From NCBI GenBank assembly GCA_965552135.1, contig CBEVQY010000046.1, positions 1 through 11,458 on the forward strand: a DNA stretch of 11,458 nt, read 5' to 3'. This DNA comes from an uncultured bacterium (lineage in GTDB: Bacteria; UBP14; UBA6098; B30-G16). The notes below the pieces were generated by a model. That model saw only the letters and a program-made list of their open reading frames with translations. It did no database searches and was not told where the DNA came from. The position numbers were made by a program, and so were the translations under genes. Shown in pieces: positions 1 to 7,571 of the stretch; positions within the stretch are counted from its first letter, which is position 1, and each line of letters starts with the position of its first letter.

Positions 1-765
1 GACGGCGAGGGGAGCTCTCGCCGCGTTCTTGTGTCGTCGGCGCCCGAGAGCATCGCAGCGCTTTACGCCAAAAAGTTTAGGCTTGTGGTGACCAAGTCGC
101 CTCCGGAGCCTTACGGCACAGTGACCATCGGTGGAGATGTTGTGCTTGGCGCCTCGGCTCTGGCTTGGGTTTGGCAGGACAGCGCCGTCGTTGTCTCCGT
201 GAGCGGACACGATGTCGCACCGCCCTGCAGCATCTATACCTTCAGCGGCTGGAGCGACGGCGTTCCCGACAGCGAGCGCACAGTCGTTGCGGATACATCG
301 ACCTCGCTCGTCGCAAATTATGTGGGCGATACCGTGAAGCTTGATATCGAGCTTTCGTCGAATCTGTGGTCGATATCCGACACTCTCGGGCTTGAGGAGA
401 CGTACACGCTTCCCGCGGGCGATGTCTTCGTCATCACGAACAACTCGAGCCTGCCTGTGCGCTTCGGTCTTGCCGTAAGCGACGGCGGCGGGCTTTCGTG
501 CGGCTGCGTTCCCGGCACCGACAGGTTCGTTTTGCGCGCCAAGTTCAACGACGACTCCTCCGCCGGCGTCTTCTCCCGAAGCCGCGACTGCGTCCGCGCC
601 GAGCTTGTGTGGGCTACAGAAGACCTCTTCGGAGCCGGCGGCGCCTCAGTCCCGCCGGGCGATACCGAAAACTTGTGGCTGCAAATCGTAACGCCCAGGG
701 ATATCTCGAGCGAGGGAACCTATACGATCATTCTAACGCTTTGGTGCAGGGTCGTTTTGCCGTAG
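1..765 (+). CDS. 5'-truncated exported protein with WSDG-type (InlB B-repeat/Flg_new-like) repeats and a C-terminal Ig-like domain
   Basis: The frame is open from base 1 (GAC GGC GAG...) to TAG at 763-765, so GTG 31 is not necessarily the start. It contains YTFSGWSDGVPDSERTVVADTSTSLVANY, and the window edge shows the tail of a similar unit (DGEGSSRRVLVSSAPESIAALY). The C-terminal part is beta-rich (VITNNSS...PPGDTENLWLQIVTP...GTYTIILTL). Confidence 0.65.
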   Translation, partial: DGEGSSRRVLVSSAPESIAALYAKKFRLVVTKSPPEPYGTVTIGGDVVLGASALAWVWQDSAVVVSVSGHDVAPPCSIYTFSGWSDGVPDSERTVVADTSTSLVANYVGDTVKLDIELSSNLWSISDTLGLEETYTLPAGDVFVITNNSSLPVRFGLAVSDGGGLSCGCVPGTDRFVLRAKFNDDSSAGVFSRSRDCVRAELVWATEDLFGAGGASVPPGDTENLWLQIVTPRDISSEGTYTIILTLWCRVVLP

Positions 766-784
766 GTGCGCCAACACAAAACCG

Positions 785-812
785 TTGACAAACGGGACGA
801 AAGCTCTATCTT
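785..812 (+). promoter_or_regulatory. sigma70-type promoter of tRNA-His
   Basis: Perfect TTGACA (785-790), 16-bp spacer, TATCTT (807-812), 11 nt upstream of the tRNA G-1. Confidence 0.8.
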
Positions 813-823
813 ACTTTTTGCGT

Positions 824-898
824 GGTGGGCGTAGCTCAATTGGTTAGAGCGTCGGACTGTGGATCCGAAGGTTGGCGGTTCGATCCCGCTCGCCCACC
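824..898 (+). tRNA. tRNA-His (GUG)
   Basis: Cloverleaf: G-1 (824), acceptor stem GTGGGCG 825-831 / CGCCCAC 891-897, D-arm GCTC..GAGC, anticodon stem TCGGA/TCCGA with loop CT-GTG-GA (anticodon 859-861), T-arm GGCGG-TTCGATC-CCGCT, discriminator C898. G-1:C73 is the bacterial His identity element. Followed by CC then TTTT. Confidence 0.97.
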
Positions 899-918
899 CC
901 TTTTAGTTTGGATGCCCA

Positions 919-1488
919 TCACTCGCCCATCTTGAACAGGGCGGAGATGTGCATGCCGTACGCGCTTACGTCGGAGGGGTTAACCTTGAGCCGAGCCTCA
1001 ACGTCTATCTTCGGGTGGACGGGATACTTCACCCCCATGTCGATGTGAGGCTCGAGGTTTGTGTTCTTCTCGTCGGGACGACCCTCCCAGTCTTCGGGAT
1101 ATTTTTTGGTGTACATGTTTACGCCTAACCCGACCCCGAGGAATGGGCGCCATTTGTCGATCTCAAACACGAGCTTAACGGTGAGGTAGAATGCTATGTC
1201 TATTTTATGTATTATTCCGCCGGCTTCGGTTTTCCCGCCGTTCCAGTACTCGAGTCCGCCGTCGAGGTCGAGGTTTTTCGCCAAGCTTCCCAGCTCTGCC
1301 CAGATGCCGAACGCGGGCGTGAAGCCGTAGTCATCGGTCAGGTAGAGGACGCCTATTTTCCCAGCGACGGCTCTTACGCCAAGCTGTGGTCGGAACTCAG
1401 CGCCGCCGGGCTGATCCTCCATGGTCTGCGCGGCGACGACCTGCCAGGCGAAAATAAAAGCCGCAAACGCGAAAAACCTTTTGGTCAC
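919..1488 (-). CDS. Small outer-membrane beta-barrel protein (OmpW/OMP_b-brl-like)
   Basis: Signal peptide (MTKRFFAFAAFIFAWQVVAAQ), alternating amphipathic strands, the RPFLGVGLG strand typical of 8-stranded barrels, 189 aa. GTG start overlaps the apbE stop (GTGA), with an AGGAGG SD-like sequence upstream. Confidence 0.8.
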   Translation of the reverse strand: MTKRFFAFAAFIFAWQVVAAQTMEDQPGGAEFRPQLGVRAVAGKIGVLYLTDDYGFTPAFGIWAELGSLAKNLDLDGGLEYWNGGKTEAGGIIHKIDIAFYLTVKLVFEIDKWRPFLGVGLGVNMYTKKYPEDWEGRPDEKNTNLEPHIDMGVKYPVHPKIDVEARLKVNPSDVSAYGMHISALFKMGE

Positions 1489-2504
1489 CTTGCCTCACCT
1501 CCTTCTCCGACGGGATGGACGTGGAGTTTTTTGCCCAAAACCTTCCAGCGCACGCGCCCGTCGCGCTCGGTGAATAAGATAACCGTTGTTCTTTCGGCGT
1601 CTATAACTTTTTGCACCTCATCCCCCATAACGACGGCGGCGGTGGAGAGCGCGTCGGCTGTGGTGGCATCCGGCGCCACGACCGTCGCCGCAATGGCTCC
1701 GCGGGCCGGAAAGCCCGTTTTAGGATCGAAGATGTGGTGGTATCTTTCGCCGCCTCGGACGAAGAAGCGCTCGTAGTCTCCTGATGAAGCGCAGGCAGCT
1801 TCGGATGGCAGCTCGAACCAGGCTATCACTCCCTCGCCCCTTGGGTTGGCGATTCCGATGCGGAAGGGTTTTCCGTTTCGTCGCCATCCGCGCAGGGTGC
1901 GCCCGCCGTCGATGAGGAAGCCGCCGACGTCGTCCCCGCCCCGGCAGAGGGGTAGGAGCGTGTCGAAGAGGTCGTCTGTGGCAAAGCCTTTCGCGATGGC
2001 GCCGAGGTCGAGGCTGAGGTCGCCGCGGACCACAGCGACGTCATCGCCGATGAAGTCGACGGCAGACCCCCTCACAAGCGCCAGAACCGAGTCGACCTCA
2101 CGCTGTGTGGGCAGATTGGGGTGCTCGGTGCCCACCCCCCAGAGCTCGACTATGTGTCCTATTCGCGGCTCAAGCGCGCCCAGCGTCGCTTTTTGCCATC
2201 GGATGCTCGCTTTCGCAAGGGCGGCGAGGTCGCGGTCCACGCGGAGCGTGCCCGGGGGAGCGTGATTTAGCTCAAAAAGCGGTGATGTGGAGTCGTACGG
2301 GTCGGCGATGGAGTCCCAGTGGGCGAGCGTGCGCTGTGCCAAGGCGAAGATGGCGTCGGCAGCGGAATCGCAGGCAACGTCGTAAAGCCTCAGCGAAACG
2401 ATCGTGTCGAAGTAAAGCCAGGATCTTGTGCGTTCCTCCCTTCGGGCGCAACCCGTTATTGCAGCTGTGATAAGCAAAACAGCCGCAGTGCTAAAGCTCT
2501 GCAA
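1485..2504 (-). CDS. apbE: FAD:protein FMN transferase (ApbE family lipoprotein)
   Basis: Motifs LDLGAIAKGFATD, IGIANPR, ASSGDYERFF, RYHHIFDPKTGFP, ADALSTA. Start re-called at TTG 2504 (SD GAGG 6 nt upstream), giving signal peptide MQSFSTAAVLLITAAITG-C with a lipobox and avoiding the 83-nt overlap of the 2573 start. ATG 2525 is an alternative. Confidence 0.92.
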   Translation of the reverse strand: MQSFSTAAVLLITAAITGCARREERTRSWLYFDTIVSLRLYDVACDSAADAIFALAQRTLAHWDSIADPYDSTSPLFELNHAPPGTLRVDRDLAALAKASIRWQKATLGALEPRIGHIVELWGVGTEHPNLPTQREVDSVLALVRGSAVDFIGDDVAVVRGDLSLDLGAIAKGFATDDLFDTLLPLCRGGDDVGGFLIDGGRTLRGWRRNGKPFRIGIANPRGEGVIAWFELPSEAACASSGDYERFFVRGGERYHHIFDPKTGFPARGAIAATVVAPDATTADALSTAAVVMGDEVQKVIDAERTTVILFTERDGRVRWKVLGKKLHVHPVGEGGEAR

Positions 2505-3885
2505 CGTCCCCCTCTTCGGGAACATAGACCTCCCCGACGTTGGGCAGCTCTCTGAGTGCGTCTGCGAGCGCAAGCGCCTGCTCCTCTTCGCCGTGGACGA
2601 CGAACACCTTCTTCACCGCGCCAAGCCCCCTGGCGTATTCGAGCAGTTCCCCCCTGTCGGCGTGGGCGGAGAAGGCGTGCGACACAACAACCTCGGCGCG
2701 AACCTTGTAGCGATCGCCGAGGATGGGAACCTCCTCCCAGCCGTCGGCAAGCTTCCTGCCCAAAGTGTTTTGAGCCATGAAGCCAACTATCATCACCGTG
2801 TTTCTGGGGTTTTCGATGTTGTTGGCGAGGTGGTGGAGGATCCTTCCTGCCTCCGCCATCCCCGACGCGGAGATGATGATGGCAGGCTCTTTGAGGTCGT
2901 TTAGCTCCTTAGAGCGCTCTACAGAGCGGACGTACTCAAGCTGCACAAACTGGAAGGGATCCCCCTCGCGGCGCAGGAAGTCCTGGGTCTCCTTGTCGAA
3001 CCAGTCCAGGTAGCGCCTGAAGACCTGCGTGATGTTCACGGCAAGCGGAGAGTCGATGAAGATCGGGACGCGGGGAATTCTCCCCTCCACCGCAAGCTCG
3101 TGGATGAAGTATATAAGCTCCTGCGTCCTCTCGACGGCGAAGGATGGGATTATTATCTTTCCGCCGCGTTCGTAGGTTCGGTTTATCGTTGCGGCGAGAT
3201 CCTCCTTCGCCTGCTCCACGGGCTCGTGGTATCTGTTCCCGTATGTGCTTTCGATGATGGCGTAGTCGACGCCCTCAACCTGGAATGGGTCGCGCAGAAG
3301 CGGCAGGTTCTTCCGTCCGAGGTCGACGAGGTAGGCGATGCGAAGCTCCCTTCCGTTTTCGCGCACCTTGACTATTGTTAGCGCGGCGCCGAGGATGTGA
3401 CCCGCCTCGACGTATTGTATCTCAACATCGTCGGCAACCTGGAACCACCTGTAAAGCCCGTAGGGGCGTATGAGCCTTATCGCCTCGACGGCGTCGGCTA
3501 TGGTGTATATAGGCTCCACCGGCGGCAGTCCCCGCTTTTTGTGCTTTTTGTTCACGAACTCCGCGTCGCGCTCCTGGAGGTAGCCCGAGTCCACGAGCAT
3601 ATAGTGGCACAGGGCGTCGGTGGGCTCGGTGGCGTAGATCGTTCCCTCGTACCCGTGCTTGACGAGGTTCGGGAGGTTTCCGGAGTGGTCGATGTGGGCG
3701 TGTCCCAGCACGACTGCATCGAGCGACGACGGCGCGAAGGGGAAGTTTTGGTTCTTCTGCCGGCTTTCCTTGCGCCTGCCCTGGAAGAGCCCGCAGTCGA
3801 GCAGGACCTTCGAGCCCGAGCCTGTCACTATTAGGTGTTTTGAGCCTGTGACGCTGCGCGTCGCGCCCAAAAACCTTATCTCCAT
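2491..3885 (-). CDS. MBL-fold metallo-hydrolase, beta-CASP/RNA-specificity domain family (putative ribonuclease, YSH1/TTHA0252-like)
   Basis: FLGA..SVTGS, LLDCGLFQG, HAHIDH, AGHILG, DLGR, ESTYGNR, IPSFAV.RTQE, DSPLA, ASGMAEAGRILHHL, FSAHAD, VVHGE. SD AAGGAG upstream. Confidence 0.93.
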   Translation of the reverse strand: MEIRFLGATRSVTGSKHLIVTGSGSKVLLDCGLFQGRRKESRQKNQNFPFAPSSLDAVVLGHAHIDHSGNLPNLVKHGYEGTIYATEPTDALCHYMLVDSGYLQERDAEFVNKKHKKRGLPPVEPIYTIADAVEAIRLIRPYGLYRWFQVADDVEIQYVEAGHILGAALTIVKVRENGRELRIAYLVDLGRKNLPLLRDPFQVEGVDYAIIESTYGNRYHEPVEQAKEDLAATINRTYERGGKIIIPSFAVERTQELIYFIHELAVEGRIPRVPIFIDSPLAVNITQVFRRYLDWFDKETQDFLRREGDPFQFVQLEYVRSVERSKELNDLKEPAIIISASGMAEAGRILHHLANNIENPRNTVMIVGFMAQNTLGRKLADGWEEVPILGDRYKVRAEVVVSHAFSAHADRGELLEYARGLGAVKKVFVVHGEEEQALALADALRELPNVGEVYVPEEGDVAEL

Positions 3886-3912
3886 GGCTTCTCCTTTCGA
3901 AGCGGTGAGCCT

Positions 3913-4434
3913 TTACTCGCCCTCGAACTTGATCAGGGAGAAAAGCTTTCGCGGCGCGATCTTCTCCCGCCCGCCCAGATCAACAAGCTCGATAAGAACG
4001 GCTACCTCGACGATCTCCCCGCCGAGGCGCTCCACGAGCTTGCACGCAGCAAGAAGTGATCCACCCGTGGCGATGAGGTCGTCCACCATAAGGACCTTCT
4101 GCCCGGGCGAGACCGCATCGGCATGTATCTCGAGCACATCGCTGCCGTACTCAAGCTCGTAGGTTTCGGAAAGGGTTTTCCACGGGAGCTTGCCCTTCTT
4201 GCGTATGGGGACGAATCCGACGCCGAGTCTGTACGCCAAAGCGGCGCCGAATATAAACCCGCGCGCCTCTATCCCTGCAACAGCGTCGATGTGCTTGGTG
4301 CGATAGCGCTCGTGGAAGGCGTCGATCACGCCGCTGAAGGCTACCGAATCCTTCACAAGCGTCGTTATGTCCCGAAAGAGTATCCCTTTCCGCGGGAAGT
4401 CAGGGATGTTTCTTATGTACTTTGCGAAGTCCAT
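3913..4434 (-). CDS. apt: Adenine phosphoribosyltransferase
   Basis: IPDFPRKGILFRDITTL, GIEARGFIFG, IRKKGKLP, YELEYG, PRPP-binding VDDLIATGGS; 173 aa. Confidence 0.97.
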   Translation of the reverse strand: MDFAKYIRNIPDFPRKGILFRDITTLVKDSVAFSGVIDAFHERYRTKHIDAVAGIEARGFIFGAALAYRLGVGFVPIRKKGKLPWKTLSETYELEYGSDVLEIHADAVSPGQKVLMVDDLIATGGSLLAACKLVERLGGEIVEVAVLIELVDLGGREKIAPRKLFSLIKFEGE

Positions 4435-4450
4435 CGCAGCCCCTTTCTTT

Positions 4451-5737
4451 TTAGTCCTTCACCACGGCTACGACTCCCCAGTCTCTGTCGGCTATGTAGA
4501 ACGCGTTTTCGTCCGCGCCGACGCCGTAGGCGTACATGGTCTCTATCCTCTGGATGAGCGCAGGCGCGCTCGGCGTCGTTACGTCGTATATGAGTATGCC
4601 GTCTGAGCCGATGGCGAGGGCGATGTAGTCCCTTCCGCCGAATGTCGCGATCTCGATGTCCTGTGCGTCGCCCACCTGCGTGTCGGACTGGTACAGGAGC
4701 GTGGGGGATGTTGGGTCGGATACGTCGATCACCGCAAGCCCAGCGAGCCCATCGGCGACGAAGAGATACTCGCCGAAGAATCGGAGCCTCGTCGCCTGTC
4801 CTGGCGTGTCGCAGGTTCCCAGCGGGATTTTTTCGTCGGGGTTGGAGATGTCGACGAGCACGACGCCTGCGTCCTCCGCAGCCGCTGCGGCAAGCGTTCC
4901 CTGAGCGCAGACCCCACAGCAGAATCCCGGCGGCATGTACGGATCCCCGCGCTGCGTGGCTATGCCGGGAGTCGCCATGTCGTAGACGAACATCCCGTTG
5001 TCGCGGTCGGCGGCGATGATAAAGAGGGTGTCCCTCATCCAGAGCCCGAAGGCGTCCCCGCAGAGCCTTGCCCAGACCCCCGCGGTGCTCATCATGGCGG
5101 GGGATGCGCGGTCGGAGATGTCGAAGAACACAAGCGGCGGCGTCCCGCGGTAGTCGGCGACGGCGAGGATGCCGGACCTTGAGTCGGCGAAGATTCCGCG
5201 CGCATCGTACTGCTCCGCCCAGTCGATGTTCCCGACGAGGAAAAGCCCGGCGGGATCAAGGCAGTTTACGACGGAGATGCCCGCGCCGCCGTCGGCGACG
5301 TAAAGATAGCCGTCCGCTGCGGCAACGTCCTTCGACGTGCCCGGAGTCTCAGCCCACGACGCTATGCGAAACGGCTCCTGCTTTATCTCGAAGTAGAACG
5401 TGTCGGACCACGCCCCAAACTCACCCTCTCCCACACGAACGCCGACCGTCCATGCGTAGATGCCGTTGGTGAGCACACACGTCGTCTTCGTCGACGAGTC
5501 GAACTCGATCCTGTCGAGCACGATCGAGTCGGGGTTTTCAGCGCGCCAGAGGAGGATACGGTATCCGTTAGCGCCTGTGAAGCGCTCCCAGTCGAGGTAG
5601 ACCCTCGCCTCGTTGAGCACGTCGCCGTCCTCGGGTGATGAGAGCACGACCCTGGGCTCGCACTGGGGCAGCTCTCGCTCCGCGCAGCCCGAAAGGAAAA
5701 GCGCAACAAGCGCTGCCAACCAAAGCCAGCGCGGCAT
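4451..5737 (-). CDS. Lipoprotein with an N-terminal FnIII/Ig-like domain and an LVIVD-repeat beta-propeller
   Basis: Lipobox LSG-C. N-terminal LSSPEDG..LDW..GANGY..GIYAWTV..WSDTFYF is FnIII-like. Repeats YLYVADGGAGISVVN, YLFVADGLAGLAVIDVSDPTSP, GVVLVDISNP, GILIYDVTTPSAP. SD AGGAGG. Confidence 0.85.
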   Translation of the reverse strand: MPRWLWLAALVALFLSGCAERELPQCEPRVVLSSPEDGDVLNEARVYLDWERFTGANGYRILLWRAENPDSIVLDRIEFDSSTKTTCVLTNGIYAWTVGVRVGEGEFGAWSDTFYFEIKQEPFRIASWAETPGTSKDVAAADGYLYVADGGAGISVVNCLDPAGLFLVGNIDWAEQYDARGIFADSRSGILAVADYRGTPPLVFFDISDRASPAMMSTAGVWARLCGDAFGLWMRDTLFIIAADRDNGMFVYDMATPGIATQRGDPYMPPGFCCGVCAQGTLAAAAAEDAGVVLVDISNPDEKIPLGTCDTPGQATRLRFFGEYLFVADGLAGLAVIDVSDPTSPTLLYQSDTQVGDAQDIEIATFGGRDYIALAIGSDGILIYDVTTPSAPALIQRIETMYAYGVGADENAFYIADRDWGVVAVVKD

Positions 5738-5748
5738 CCGAATACCTC

Positions 5749-6831
5749 CTATCTCCTGAACCTGCCGCGAAGCTCCTTGAGGTCTATCATAAGGTCGAAG
5801 CTAACCTCGAAGGGCTTCACCTCGACCGACGCCTTCGGCGCCGTGCAGCCCATCATGACGAGTCGGAGAGCCTGTTTTGGCAGAGCCACACGCGGGGCTT
5901 TTTCCTCGTTTCTCTCGCAGCGGGCGAACCCGAGCGAGCAAAGCTCTGCGCATCGCGCGCCGCGAACACCCTCGACGCCGACGGGAAGATAGTCGACGGG
6001 CGTGTTGCGGTAAAATCTGTTGTAGGCGATGGTCGTGTTCTCAAGCTTCCCCTTCTGCGCGATGGCGCCTCCGAGGGCGAGGGCGATTGTGTTGTAGGCT
6101 ATCTCCACCTTGCCGGGGCAGTCTACGTTTATTGCGCGCCCCAGGTTGCGCCCGCGGCGCCAGACGAGGATGATCCTGTTGTTCGTAAGCGTGCAGGTCG
6201 ACTTCTTGTCGGGAGCGGATATCGTTATCGCGTCGCCGACGGTGTTGTAGATGCTGCAGTTGGTTATCTCCACCCTGGAGCGCTTCGCCCTGATCTCGAT
6301 TGCTCCCGCGGAGCCATTGGCTACGACGCACCCGTCGAGCCTGATCTCTTTGGCGCCGTCCACGAAGACGACAGGGGTTTTTGGGCTTGCACTTGTGTCG
6401 ATGCAGCCCGAGACGTAGGAGTTTCTTCCGCCCGCGTCGATCACAAGCCCGCGGACGAGAACGCTTTTTCCGCCCACGATTTCGAGCACTGGCACGTCGA
6501 CGGAGCAAGCACGCGCGCACTTAAGGACGGTGGCGTTGCACCACTGACCGCACTTCGCGTACAGAAAGGTTTTGTCCTGCACGCTGCCTATGATGGATAT
6601 GCTTTTTTCCACCTTCCACGCGCCGCAGCTGTCCCTTCCGAAGTACGTTCCCGCCGCGACGAGGACGGTATCGCCGTCGTCGGCAAGCTCGATGCCGCGC
6701 CAGATCGATGCGACCGGAGCGCCCTTCGTACCGGGGTTTTCGTCGGAGCCGCTTCGCGCAGAAACGTAAACCGTCCTGCCAAGCGCAAGCCCGAAAAGCA
6801 AAAAAAGCACAGCAGCCGCGCTTTTGAACAT
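5749..6831 (-). CDS. Secreted DUF1565 / right-handed parallel beta-helix protein
   Basis: Signal peptide, then TVYVSARSGSDENPGTKGAPVASI..GIELADDGDTVLVAAGTY (DUF1565-type start), then beta-helix turns (ITNCSIYNT, LTNNRI, IAYNTI, IAYNRFYRN). SD GGAGG. Confidence 0.8.
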   Translation of the reverse strand: MFKSAAAVLFLLFGLALGRTVYVSARSGSDENPGTKGAPVASIWRGIELADDGDTVLVAAGTYFGRDSCGAWKVEKSISIIGSVQDKTFLYAKCGQWCNATVLKCARACSVDVPVLEIVGGKSVLVRGLVIDAGGRNSYVSGCIDTSASPKTPVVFVDGAKEIRLDGCVVANGSAGAIEIRAKRSRVEITNCSIYNTVGDAITISAPDKKSTCTLTNNRIILVWRRGRNLGRAINVDCPGKVEIAYNTIALALGGAIAQKGKLENTTIAYNRFYRNTPVDYLPVGVEGVRGARCAELCSLGFARCERNEEKAPRVALPKQALRLVMMGCTAPKASVEVKPFEVSFDLMIDLKELRGRFRR

Positions 6832-6836
6832 CGTTC

Positions 6837-7571
6837 CTATCCTCCCTCGATCATCTCCCTGAGTCGCATTGCGTTTTCGATGGCGTACCCCTCTGCGTCG
6901 TTGTTGAAGAAGGCGAAGACGTCTCTTCCCTCGTCAAGCTGCGTTCTTGCGAACTGTGCGAAGGGCTCGAGCTCCTCGTCGGTGTAGGATGAGGCGTACA
7001 TTCTCTTCGTTCCGTGGAACCTGAGGTAGACGAAGTCGGCGGTGACGGCGAACCTTGGCGCAAACCTTGGTGAGCTTGCCACGCAGAACGCCACGTTGTG
7101 TGCGGCGAGGCGCTCGCGGACGCGGTCGTCGTCGAGGAGAACCTTGTTCCTGAACTCCATTGCGACGCGGTGGTGCGGCTTTATCCGCTCGAGGTATGCG
7201 TCGATGGCGGCTGCGTCGGCGAAGCTAGGCGGAAACTGCATAAGCACAGGTCCCCTGTGCTCGCCAAGCAGATCAGCAAGCTGCAGAAACTTCCAGAGCA
7301 TAAACGTGGCGCTTTCGAGCTTTTTGGTGTGGGTTATGAGGCGCGACGCCTTGAGCACATACAAAAAGCCCTCGGGGGCAAGGTCGCGCCACTTCTCCAC
7401 AGTGCTCTCGCGCGGAACGTGGTAGAACGTGTAGTTGATCTCCACCGTCGGGAAATGCTTGGCGTAGTACTCGAGCCACTTCTGCCTCGGTAGATCAGGG
7501 GGGTAGAACTTGCCTACCCAGTGGTAGTATGTGTAGCCCGAGGTGCCTATGTAGAGCTTTCCCCTCTTCAT
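6837..7571 (-). CDS. DUF72 domain protein (YecE-like TIM barrel)
   Basis: YIGTSGY.Y.HW.G.FYP, LEYYA.HFPTVEIN.TFY..P, KASRLITH, GPVLMQFPPSF, EFR, YLRFHG, FFNND..G.A..NA. Confidence 0.93.
   Translation of the reverse strand: MKRGKLYIGTSGYTYYHWVGKFYPPDLPRQKWLEYYAKHFPTVEINYTFYHVPRESTVEKWRDLAPEGFLYVLKASRLITHTKKLESATFMLWKFLQLADLLGEHRGPVLMQFPPSFADAAAIDAYLERIKPHHRVAMEFRNKVLLDDDRVRERLAAHNVAFCVASSPRFAPRFAVTADFVYLRFHGTKRMYASSYTDEELEPFAQFARTQLDEGRDVFAFFNNDAEGYAIENAMRLREMIEGG

Noticed and set aside
824..918. tRNA-His as an integration site / genomic island boundary
   Set aside because: No integrase, no duplicated tRNA 3' end noticed in the window, and the flanking genes include housekeeping apt with similar composition.
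2505..2573. N-terminal extension of ApbE
   Set aside because: Lies within the 3' end of the MBL gene; a later start gives a normal lipoprotein signal.
3887..3903. Small hairpin GCTTC-GAAAGGA-GAAGC around the MBL gene SD (minus strand)
   Set aside because: Only 5 bp with the SD mostly in the loop; too weak to call regulatory.
2491..4434. MBL nuclease + PRTase as an anti-phage defence system
   Set aside because: Apt is fully canonical and the MBL protein is the widespread beta-CASP type; there are no defence-associated partners.
5635..6987. 450-aa plus-strand ORF
   Set aside because: Antisense shadow of the beta-helix gene, which has a signal peptide, an SD and family motifs. The shadow has no recognisable motif, and long antisense ORFs are common at high GC.
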